Of a DNA stretch of 64,000 nucleotides, positions 10,390 through 19,203 are shown in pieces; the stretch's first letter is position 1, and each line of letters starts with the position of its first letter. Both the position numbers and the translations under genes were made by a program. The notes under the pieces were generated by a model. The model saw nothing but the letters and a program-made list of their open reading frames with translations, searched no databases and was not told the DNA's origin. Source of the stretch: Candidatus Poribacteria bacterium (lineage in GTDB: Bacteria > Poribacteria > WGA-4E > PCPOR2b); assembly GCA_965198175.1 (NCBI GenBank), contig OZ240245.1, positions 3,008,001 through 3,072,000 of the forward strand, in the 5' to 3' direction.

Positions 10390-10725
10390 TTAGCCATCGA
10401 AGGCGAAAACCTCCTTCATCTGTACCCAAGTCGAACCCTCCGGTGCACCAGGTACGGTCTCTTGGAAGGTGCGCATCAGCGTATCCCATTCTCTAGCTCT
10501 GGGGTGATCCATATATTTGGGCATATCTCGCTCCATGTCGAAATTGTCCACAGTCTCCATGAACATAAAGAGCTGCCGATCGTAGCGATAGATAAATACC
10601 CGCAATACGCCGCAATTCTTAACGCCCTGTATCACCTCCGGAAACGGATTAGCGTGGTATTCTTCGTACTTTCTGATGATTTCCGAATCATCTTTAAGCA
10701 GAACAGTCTGTGCAAAGCGTTTCAT
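10390..10725 (-). CDS. L-rhamnose/L-fucose mutarotase family
   Basis: YEEYHAN.FPEV...LFMFME...EWDTLM...WVQMKEVF. Confidence 0.85.
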   Translation of the reverse strand: MKRFAQTVLLKDDSEIIRKYEEYHANPFPEVIQGVKNCGVLRVFIYRYDRQLFMFMETVDNFDMERDMPKYMDHPRAREWDTLMRTFQETVPGAPEGSTWVQMKEVFAFDG

Positions 10726-10789
10726 ACACCTTTCTCCTATAACCGTTTGCATTGACTATAAATCAAAGTTGGTTGCCACATTCTGTATC

Positions 10790-10820
10790 CTCCCCCTTAC
10801 CAAGGGGGAGCTAGAGGGGG
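10790..10820. repeat. Palindromic CCCCCTTACCAAGGGGG-type dispersed repeat (related copies 31253..31283 and 35916..35942)
   Basis: CTCCCCCTTACCAAGGGGGAGCTAGAGGGGG; reverse-orientation near-copies seen elsewhere. Confidence 0.7.
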
Positions 10821-10957
10821 TAATAAACACAGTCGGAGAAAATACAGCCCGATGACCAATCGTAGGGGTTGGGTTACCCAACCCTGTGTTCCCAATCATA
10901 TCAATATGGTTTTGAGTTCCCTGCCCGCGGTTGGTCAATGGGCCCGGCGTGCCCGCC

Positions 10958-11734
10958 TCAATCATAGGCATAATCCCGCCCAGCGACGAGCAGCTCGGGC
11001 ATAACCTTGTACAGGTCCCACCCTTCGGTTCGGCGGCATTTGCTGGAAGCGTAATGATACTGTATCGCACGACGACGCCTAGTAGTTGTATTCGGGGGTG
11101 TTGAGTGTAATATCTCGCCGTGGAACATCAGCGCATCGCCGGCTTTCAAGGGAATTGAGACGGCTTCTTCAACGGACGGCGTTCTAAGGGCACCATAGTC
11201 ATTCTTCAAACCGTTGTGTTCCACGATGCCCTGGGTATGTGAACTGGGGATAACGTGCATACAACCATTCTGGACAGTAGCGTCATCACAGGCAACCCAC
11301 AAGCCGACAATATGGTTTGGCTCGCGCCGAAAATAGGCGTTGTCCTGGTGCCATATTTTTGCGCCGCCGAAGCGCGGGGGCTTCAACAATAGCATGCTTT
11401 GAAGCAGTTTGACATCAGGTCCCAATAATGTTGTTGCAATCGCTGCCATCTTTGGATGGAACGCGAGATTGCGGAAGAACGCATTGTGCCTAGCTACGTT
11501 GGCAAGTTTACGAACCCCTAATTCAAGAAGTTCAGGTGTATTTTCGCCGTTTGCAACTGACGGCTCAATCTCTATCAGCCCCGTCGGGACATCCGGATAA
11601 CGTGCTACAATGTTGGTAATTTCATTACGCACGGCTTCTACCTCGTCCGCAGTGAACAGACCTTCAATGACGACGTATCCTTGTTGGTGGTACTGTTGTA
11701 ATTGTTGATTGCTGATGAGATTGTTATCGGTCAT
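10958..11734 (-). CDS. Phytanoyl-CoA dioxygenase (PhyH) family
   Basis: QGYVVI, WHQD, NGCMHVIP.SH, H..PPN..RR motifs. Confidence 0.9.
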   Translation of the reverse strand: MTDNNLISNQQLQQYHQQGYVVIEGLFTADEVEAVRNEITNIVARYPDVPTGLIEIEPSVANGENTPELLELGVRKLANVARHNAFFRNLAFHPKMAAIATTLLGPDVKLLQSMLLLKPPRFGGAKIWHQDNAYFRREPNHIVGLWVACDDATVQNGCMHVIPSSHTQGIVEHNGLKNDYGALRTPSVEEAVSIPLKAGDALMFHGEILHSTPPNTTTRRRRAIQYHYASSKCRRTEGWDLYKVMPELLVAGRDYAYD

Positions 11735-11754
11735 TTTGAAGTGCAGTGAGGTAT

Positions 11755-12564
11755 TTAATACCCCCTGCTGTGCATAAATTCAATCAGTTCCCTGCGGCGC
11801 GGACCCGCTGTCTTAACCAAATGTTCCGGGAATTGCGTATTCGTTTCGTTACTGCAGCTATGTTTCCATTGCTCGCCGTGATTGACGAGCCATTCGACCT
11901 GCCAATCCTCCGTCGGCTTCCCACCGAAGGTAATCCCTAAGAACCGACGGCCCGGCTGTCCACCCCACGAGGAGTGGCCGAGCTTCTGGTTGAAAAAGAT
12001 GATGTCGCCCGGGCGGGTCTTCGTAGCGATCGCACCGGGAATATCCATTGGCGGCACGCCCGCCGGCGTTAACGCGTCGGCGTCGATAGGATTGCCCTTC
12101 GTCGTCATTGCGCGCAGCGCCTCGCCGTAACCCCTCCGATGCGTTCCTGGAAGCAGCCACAGACACCCGGGACCTTCGCTAAGGTCGTCCAGATACATAA
12201 TCACCTTGAGCATCAGGTATTCGCTCTCCTTTCCGGCTTCCATCGGAATGGCTGTGTCCTGGTGCCAACTGGTATTCCCGCCATGGCGCTGAGCATCTGA
12301 CGCAACGAGCTGGAAACCTTCACCCATTAGGTTATCCAGCGTATCCATAATACAGGGATTGTCGAGGTAATGATGACAGAACCCCTCGTGTATGCCGAGA
12401 CCGGGATACCCCATCTGTCCGGCGCCCGCGAAAGGACCGCACTTGGCATCGCATCCCTCGTCAAACCAGCGGGAAAACATCTCCATCTCCTTCGGGCTAA
12501 ACAAACTCCGCTTGATAATGAATCCGAAGGTGTCAAAGTGTACCTTCTCTTGTTCCGGGGTCAT
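11755..12564 (-). CDS. Phytanoyl-CoA dioxygenase (PhyH) family
   Basis: FDTFGF, WHQD, LPGTH, PGDIIFF and H motifs. Confidence 0.85.
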   Translation of the reverse strand: MTPEQEKVHFDTFGFIIKRSLFSPKEMEMFSRWFDEGCDAKCGPFAGAGQMGYPGLGIHEGFCHHYLDNPCIMDTLDNLMGEGFQLVASDAQRHGGNTSWHQDTAIPMEAGKESEYLMLKVIMYLDDLSEGPGCLWLLPGTHRRGYGEALRAMTTKGNPIDADALTPAGVPPMDIPGAIATKTRPGDIIFFNQKLGHSSWGGQPGRRFLGITFGGKPTEDWQVEWLVNHGEQWKHSCSNETNTQFPEHLVKTAGPRRRELIEFMHSRGY

Positions 12565-12684
12565 GATGTTTCTCCTTCCATCATGTTTTATGAAGTAGCT
12601 ACGCAGCATAGCGGAGACGCCGCAAAATGCTGCGGTTGACTACGCATGGTAAAATGTAATTACCGAACTCAACAGTAAAACGAG

Positions 12685-13353
12685 CTATTGACTGTATTGG
12701 GCTTTAATGGTTCCCCACGTAGTTGTGAGCTTGTCGGTAGCTGATACAGCCTTAGGCGGGATTGTCGGCTGAAAGTCGCCCCTGTAGAATCGAACACCGT
12801 CTATCCAGTAGTTGACCCTTGAACCATCGGGCGCATTTGAAATTTGCAGTGAACCTGCCAGAGGGACCGGTACGCTGGTAACGGAGTATTCCTGCCACTC
12901 AGTTCCGACTTCAAAAATCTTGTCGGGTCCCAAGGGCCACGGTTCGTTGATATGATCGATAAAGGTCATTCTAAGTTTACGCGGCTTTTCCGCTTTGAGA
13001 AATGCCGAGTAGGTATGAATCTTTTTCTTTTCGAGGATAAAGATATCCACCTGTACAACATTGGGTTTCCATTTGTCGAGCGGATCCAATATGATATCAA
13101 AGACATAGAGGCTGGCTTCTCCGACCGCGGCGTTCTTTTTGTCTATTTTCATATTACCCTGTGTAGCCGCCGCCTTCCAGAGCCCCCATTGGGCAATGTC
13201 CTCAGGATTTTCGAAATCGCCTCCTCGGGCTAGATTCTCAATTTCGCCGGCGGCGACGGCTACACCAAAGCCGATTGCCAACACGAACGTCGCCACCAAT
13301 AACAATAGACATTTTGTACGAGACCTTTTTGATAGCTCAGACATACGATTCAT
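12685..13353 (-). CDS. Secreted CBM_4_9-like carbohydrate-binding protein with C-terminal KLTTTWGTIK motif
   Basis: Hydrophobic N-terminal segment, NL..GGDFE, EWQEY, WIDGVRFY. Confidence 0.7.
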   Translation of the reverse strand: MNRMSELSKRSRTKCLLLLVATFVLAIGFGVAVAAGEIENLARGGDFENPEDIAQWGLWKAAATQGNMKIDKKNAAVGEASLYVFDIILDPLDKWKPNVVQVDIFILEKKKIHTYSAFLKAEKPRKLRMTFIDHINEPWPLGPDKIFEVGTEWQEYSVTSVPVPLAGSLQISNAPDGSRVNYWIDGVRFYRGDFQPTIPPKAVSATDKLTTTWGTIKAQYSQ

Positions 13354-14046
13354 ATGTTTCACCTCCAACGCTAACTTAACTTCCATTATTACTAAGCTCC
13401 GTGGAATACATGCGTTCGCTGCCGCACGTCCCAGTTATTCAGTCGGTGCGCATCATGAGGCGTCATCAGGCATAGTATAGCAAATTCTACCTAAACCGTC
13501 AATCTATAAACCGATTCAATACGGGGCGAGCTAGACATAAACTCAATAGCGGTGCAACATGCCTGCGCATCACGGGTTTGAAAATGTCGCGTGCGATTTC
13601 GGTTTTGAAGGCGTCATTTTTGAGTTTGGTCGCCCATTTATGCCGTCTCACCGCTTTTCTGAGTTGATCTTGCATTTTCTCTCCCATTTGTAATCCATTC
13701 TGCCTTGCAAAAGTTTGGTGTTTTCGGAGCGTAATCTCGTCATAGAGCGGGTTTGGGCGATCTGAAACTTTCAGCAAATTGAATCAGACCATTCGCCAAC
13801 GTGTAAGCTACCATCAGTGGCGTCAGCGTCTACAGCGGGAGTTATTAAGTTAAGTCTTGGCTGACAGGTACGGCAGCGACAATCCGTCAGCGACGCGTGC
13901 TCCTGCCCTGTGACGAATAAGGGTTAGATGATAATATTGAGAATCCTCAAGTTAAATTGCACTTTTTACCTTTTTTGCGATTTTTCCAAATGTTTTGTAG
14001 AAATAAACACAACTTTTTTCACTGGGCAATTTTTTCCACTAGAAGC

Positions 14047-14148
14047 GTTGGGTTTCGCTCCGTCATGGCAATTTTGAAACGACCTCAACTCACGAATGGC
14101 ATGCGTCCTATGTTGCAAGATTCACGAATATCGCTCAACCCAACCTAC
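14047..14148. repeat. REP-like unit GTTGGGTTTC...CTCAACCCAACCTAC
   Basis: Conserved termini shared with about 10 other copies between 14 and 35 kb. Confidence 0.75.
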
Positions 14149-14652
14149 GATAACTGTTTCACGAGCGCAGCGTTCTTTTGCGCAGCCAGCGCCAGCCGCG
14201 CGAAATGAATCTGAGCCTGCCGCGCATGGGTTTTAACCGTCCACCCATTCTGGTCAATCTTGGGCTTGAGACGACCCACCAGAGCAACCTACCTAGCCTC
14301 CGCCGTTTCAGGTTGTTTAGAACCCTTAGCAGAAAGGTTATCCTATTGAGAATTTTCAACGTCCGCCATAACATGGTAATGACCGTATTTCAAATTTGTA
14401 GGCAGCATGTCTAATCAGTATCGAGTGTTTAGCGACGGGCTCCGAGTGTTTAAACTCAAGGATCATAATGGTTATGTTTTTTGTTTCGGGAGACCCCTTC
14501 GATCTGAGGCACGATAGAAATGGGTGATTTTGATTCTTTAGGAATGGTGAAAGTTCCCATTGCTCACTTTATCGCACGTAGATGACCGCCTCATCAAGCC
14601 CTTTCAACGCTCCGTGCTTCAGTTTTAGGCTTCTGTTCGTTTCAAATTGGCC

Positions 14653-16422
14653 TCATTTCATGTCATCAAGTTTTTGAATTTGTCGTTCCATATTAGTTTT
14701 GATATCTTCAACGCCATGTTGCTTTGCAAGACGCAAGGCAGTTTGGAAATCCAATCTCGCGCTCTCAATATTGCCCAAGCATATTTGCGCCGCACCACGA
14801 TTAGCATAGACTGTAGCATAGTCTGGATTCAGACGAATCGCCTTATTACAGTCAGATAGCGCAGACTCATATCTACCAAAAACCAACTTCACTGTACTAC
14901 GATTAGAATATGCAGTGGCATAATTCGGATTTAGGCGAATCGCTTCATTATAGTCAGCTAGAGCAGACTCATATTGACGGAGAGAAAACTTTACCATACC
15001 CCGATTAGAGTAAACATCAGCGTCATCCGATTTCAGGCGAATCGCCTCGTTAAAGTCGGCGATTCCAGACTCACTCTGACCCATATGGAATTTCATAAGA
15101 CCACGATTGATGTAAGCATCCGTATAGTCTGGTTTTAATCTGATCGCCTCATTATAATCCTCTAGAGAAGATTCATACTGACCCAGGTGGAGTTTTGACA
15201 GTCCGCGACCGTAGTAAGCATTTGCATAATCTGGTTTTAGACGAATCGCCTCATTATGGTCTGCTAGAGAAGATTCATACTGACCATGAATTGACTTTGT
15301 TACTGCTCGATCATAATATGCCTCAGCACGATGTGGATTTAGTCGGATAGCTTCATCATGATCTATGATTGCGCTCTCATATTTGCCAAGAAACGATTTT
15401 GTAAGACCCCGATTCGAGTAAGCTAAGGCAAAATCTGGTTTTAGTTGAATTGCTTTATCAAAATCGGCAATAGCTTCTTTGTATTCACCAAGTCTAATCT
15501 TTACGACACCTCGGTTCGAGTAAGCTAAGGCGAGATCTGGTTTTAGCTGAATTGCCTTAACATAGTCTATAATAGCTTCTTTGTATTTACCAAGATCCGA
15601 CTTCGCAGCACCACGATTAACGTAGATTCCAGCGAAGTCCGGTTCTAAGCGAATTGCACTATCATAATCAGCGATAGCTGCGTTAGGTTTTCCAAGAGAG
15701 CTTTTTACCATACCACGATTCATGTAAAATAGAGAGACATCTGGCTCCAGGGAAATTGCTCTATCAAAGTCTACGATAGCTTCATTATGCTTACCAAGCG
15801 TGTATTTGGTAAGGCCTCGATTGGAATATGCGATGGCAAGATCCGGTTTCAGACGAATTGCTTCATTGTAAGCATCAATCGCGCATTTAGCAGCATCTCG
15901 ATCTCTATAGTTTTCATGATAATATGGCGTAAGAGGAAAAGTGACTCCTTCAAAAGAAACAGTTGAAATTTGCTTTTCTCCAACAACATCACCGTCTAGC
16001 AACGAGCCGACTGCAAACCACGCGATAGCAGCTAGATCATTCTTAACTCCTTCGGCTACGATAGCAATTGAACGCCATTTTTCGATTGCATCTTCAATTT
16101 TTCCGGCTTGTTTCAACCGAGAGGCTTCAACAACCGCCCTATCCCAATCTGATGCTTTAGGATTTCCTTCGACCTTCTGCATGATTTTTTCAAGGTGTGA
16201 GGAATCCTCAGATTTGACAGCCTGGATGAACTTGACGATATCTTCACCGTTTAAGCTCAAATTTGAACTATTAGGACGAATTGCATCAATACCTATCAAA
16301 AGTGTGCCAATTCCGCCAAAAAATATACCAACACACGTAATAGTACGAATAGGACGTTGAAGAAAAAATGCCCAAACACGCGCAAAATTTTGGCGTATCC
16401 AATAAGAACCATCTATCTTCAT
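14653..16422 (-). CDS. Tetratricopeptide repeat protein with N-terminal TM segment
   Basis: About 12 tandem 34-aa repeats AY.NRG..K..LG.Y..AI.DY..AI.L.PD. Confidence 0.9.
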   Translation of the reverse strand: MKIDGSYWIRQNFARVWAFFLQRPIRTITCVGIFFGGIGTLLIGIDAIRPNSSNLSLNGEDIVKFIQAVKSEDSSHLEKIMQKVEGNPKASDWDRAVVEASRLKQAGKIEDAIEKWRSIAIVAEGVKNDLAAIAWFAVGSLLDGDVVGEKQISTVSFEGVTFPLTPYYHENYRDRDAAKCAIDAYNEAIRLKPDLAIAYSNRGLTKYTLGKHNEAIVDFDRAISLEPDVSLFYMNRGMVKSSLGKPNAAIADYDSAIRLEPDFAGIYVNRGAAKSDLGKYKEAIIDYVKAIQLKPDLALAYSNRGVVKIRLGEYKEAIADFDKAIQLKPDFALAYSNRGLTKSFLGKYESAIIDHDEAIRLNPHRAEAYYDRAVTKSIHGQYESSLADHNEAIRLKPDYANAYYGRGLSKLHLGQYESSLEDYNEAIRLKPDYTDAYINRGLMKFHMGQSESGIADFNEAIRLKSDDADVYSNRGMVKFSLRQYESALADYNEAIRLNPNYATAYSNRSTVKLVFGRYESALSDCNKAIRLNPDYATVYANRGAAQICLGNIESARLDFQTALRLAKQHGVEDIKTNMERQIQKLDDMK

Positions 16423-16613
16423 AATGTCTTCTGACTGCGCACTCTTCTAATCCGAGACAACTTTCTCAGTTTGTTCTGACACTTATGTTTCCTCTGTTTC
16501 CAGTTCAGATCGCCTAGAATTGTCCTTTTTATTTGTTTCCAAATTGTATTTATTGCGCGTGTAGGATGAATTTGTTCGTGACATTAGGATAGTGTTTTGT
16601 ATTCGTAAATTTT

Positions 16614-16832
16614 TTAGTTCGATAGATTCGCAGTCGAAACTTCTATCTGTTCATAAGACAATTCGGGCAGACTTGCTTGTTGATGGGCATGTTCAATGGT
16701 CATTGCCACCAGATTTCCGGAGGCATCCAGATCGATGTAGATATTCTCGTTAATCTCCTTTGTCTCGGTCACTTCGCGCCCCGAGAATTCAACCAAGGCG
16801 GTATCTGTATCGTGAAAGTATTTGATTTTCAT
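16614..16832 (-). CDS. DUF2283-family putative antitoxin (copy 1)
   Basis: MKIKYFHDTDT...IDLDASGNLVAMTIEHA; ATGA overlap with the upstream gene. Confidence 0.85.
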   Translation of the reverse strand: MKIKYFHDTDTALVEFSGREVTETKEINENIYIDLDASGNLVAMTIEHAHQQASLPELSYEQIEVSTANLSN

Positions 16833-17071
16833 TGGTTTCCTCCATTGAAATTTCTGTCGAAGAATGCGTTATGAACGGTTTCACCGTCGGGCAGTAAAAC
16901 CACTCTCAAGTATTTATCCTCTTCTTCAATTTTTTTCCACATTCTCATCCTTCCATCGGCTTGTGTTTCCGTGTGAATGGGATTTTCGATAGTTTCCTGA
17001 ATCCACTCCATTCTAATTTTGGCGCGGTCGGGTCTTAGGCGCGTATAGAGAAAGTATTGGGTAAACTTCAA
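16829..17071 (-). CDS. Putative RelE-like/DUF4258-like toxin partner of DUF2283
   Basis: 80 aa, QADGR.R.W...YLRVVLLPDGETVHNAFFDR; translationally coupled to DUF2283. Confidence 0.7.
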   Translation of the reverse strand: MKFTQYFLYTRLRPDRAKIRMEWIQETIENPIHTETQADGRMRMWKKIEEEDKYLRVVLLPDGETVHNAFFDRNFNGGNQ

Positions 17072-17136
17072 CTCTCTGCGTTATCCTCATATGGATTGCT
17101 GGGGTGGTTGTGAGTCACTAGCTGTCAATTGTATTT

Positions 17137-17337
17137 CTATCGCGGGCGCTGTTCGCTCGGTTGATCGTTGGATTTCGCTCCATTCTAACAACTTAGAAAC
17201 AGAATCCTCGCCCCGCACACATGGACCCTTTTCTGTATTTTTCACTGAAGGTATGAACTATCGCCTAAAACCTCTATCGCCCTCACTTTTCAGTCGGTTG
17301 ATCCTATTCAGTCGGTTGATCGCTCTACCCAACCTAC
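17137..17337. repeat. Cluster of 30-nt CTATCGC..TTGATC elements with a REP-like unit
   Basis: Elements at 17137..17166 and 17274..17303, half copy 17304..17321; REP end CTCTACCCAACCTAC at 17337. Confidence 0.75.
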
Positions 17338-17431
17338 AGGCACTACGAGAACTAATCGGTATTGAGCGTTACCGATGTGCTATTTCACTTTCAGGCAGCC
17401 CCAAATGGTTGCTAGCTTGTCACGAGCTTCT

Positions 17432-17707
17432 GTAGGTTGGGTAGAGCGGATAATTCCAATACCGTTCCGGTAGCAATTAACCGTTCCGAGTTTCTAATGA
17501 TGCTGTTGTCAATACACGCGGAGCGAAACCCAACGTTTTTATATCCTCCGGCAACCCTAGCAAATCCCGAATACAATACATCGCTCCGACTTCCTATTAC
17601 TCTCATTGTAATTCCTGTTCCAATCGTCCTGGTGTTGGCGTCTGCCGTTCGGCTATCCGAACGTTTCAAAAACGTTGGGTTTCGCGAGCCCGCTCAACCC
17701 AAGCTAC
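17432..17707. repeat. Inverted REP doublet (REPIN-like)
   Basis: GTAGGTTGGGTAGAG..GAAACCCAAC (17432..17534) and GTTGGGTTTC..CTCAACCCAAGCTAC (17674..17707). Confidence 0.75.
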
Positions 17708-17775
17708 GATTGCTTGCATCGCTAGCGAAATAGACAGCGGTCATGAGTGAGTCAATATGATGTTGCGTGAATGGG

Positions 17776-19140
17776 TCATTCTCGGAGTTTCCACCGGATT
17801 TGAGGACAATTAGCCACGATAGAATCAATTTGTTCCCGATTGAAACCGATTAATTCGAGAAAATGGAGTTGAAAAAGCAATTCCATTTTGAGACAAAGAG
17901 CCCCTAACTCCTCACCCTTAACGGCTTCTGATTCCAAAGATAGGTCATAGTGCGTCAGATAATTGCGTGTATTCAAAATCCTATTTATCAAGTTATTCCT
18001 TTTTGTCTTGTTCCCAATAATATCCTTAAATGGCTTAACAATTCTCTTTAACCTTTTTCTCAAACTCAGCTCGTTACCATACACCAATTTTGTTGCCAAC
18101 CATTCTTCGTGTTCATCCGGGCACTTATCAATGAGATTTTTGACCAATTCGTCAAACTGGGATTTGTCCATCCGTTTTTCATCAGAAGTTCTTCGATGAA
18201 ATGCTTCTAAGCCCTGTACCAATGCCATGAATCTCTCTTCCAAGTATGTCTGCATCCCCATTTTCGCCAAGAAGTACAAATTCAAAGCAGGAGCAATCGT
18301 TTCGTAGGCTTCTATCCAATTAGTGATTATGGTCGCTGCTTCATTTTGTATCTCCCGGAATTCAAACAGCCTACCCCGATTAATCTTTGGCTCATCTTTA
18401 GAGTAGGGCCAACTTGAATAATAAACATCTATTCGAATCGGTTTTGTTTTCCCTTCCCCAGTATCTTGGCGGAGTTCGTTTGAAGTTGCCCACATACTAT
18501 CCAAGGAGACTGTTTGGTCCATCGCAAAACACAAAAAATTTGTAATTTTGTAAACAACAGAGATGAAGTCGTTTAATTCACGCTCATCTTCTGAAACCAA
18601 TTGAAGATAAGTTTTTTGGCTTATTCTTGCCTCTTTGACAGTTGGGAATCCCGGTAGCGACCAATGAAATGTAATTAGCAACTTCATACCGTTGCCAAGG
18701 TAGAGTGGGATGTTCTTTTGCGGCTGATACGATACGGTGGCAGTGCGTTGTTCAATGTGGTCAACGTTAATGCCGCTTATACCAACCCATTCGTCAATTC
18801 CTTCTACGGAAAAAGTCAGGGCATTAAATACAGGACGTTCGCCTTCATCATAGTGAACACCAATGAAAGCTCTAGTTACATGAATGAATGATTTCGATGG
18901 ACCTCCAATAACACGAACTGTCCCCTTTTTGTAGTAGCAATCGTCGAGAGTAACGAATCCTTCTTTTTCAATTTCACCAACTATTCGTTCTATTGATGGC
19001 GAATATTCATTGAACCGTCCAGACGCTTCTAGCTGAATATGTCCTCCATCGATAATTGAGAGCGTGCCAGGTATTCTTCTCTCAGGTGCAGAAGGTAGCC
19101 AAAAATGACCTAGCCTCGTGAGTTCTTGATTGATTCTCAA
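17776..19140 (-). CDS. ApeA N-terminal domain + HEPN protein (putative anti-phage RNase)
   Basis: G.FWLP...PGTL start, LEAFHR and HEPN RNYLTH (Rx4H) motif. Confidence 0.8.
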   Translation of the reverse strand: MRINQELTRLGHFWLPSAPERRIPGTLSIIDGGHIQLEASGRFNEYSPSIERIVGEIEKEGFVTLDDCYYKKGTVRVIGGPSKSFIHVTRAFIGVHYDEGERPVFNALTFSVEGIDEWVGISGINVDHIEQRTATVSYQPQKNIPLYLGNGMKLLITFHWSLPGFPTVKEARISQKTYLQLVSEDERELNDFISVVYKITNFLCFAMDQTVSLDSMWATSNELRQDTGEGKTKPIRIDVYYSSWPYSKDEPKINRGRLFEFREIQNEAATIITNWIEAYETIAPALNLYFLAKMGMQTYLEERFMALVQGLEAFHRRTSDEKRMDKSQFDELVKNLIDKCPDEHEEWLATKLVYGNELSLRKRLKRIVKPFKDIIGNKTKRNNLINRILNTRNYLTHYDLSLESEAVKGEELGALCLKMELLFQLHFLELIGFNREQIDSIVANCPQIRWKLRE

Positions 19141-19203
19141 TAAGATGACCTCCTAGTGTGGTGGATAAATGCTTAAACTATTACGTTTCTTTCTGTGCTG
19201 TCT

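Noticed and set aside
13499..14410. Short ORFs 13499..13777 and 14159..14374 and a stop-interrupted frame near 14145-14408
   Set aside because: No recognisable family or RBS; possibly decayed genes but not supportable
17412..17669. MKRSDS-starting ORFs (also 30030..30224) as a peptide family
   Set aside because: Similarity is explained by the shared repeat DNA; TTG starts without RBS
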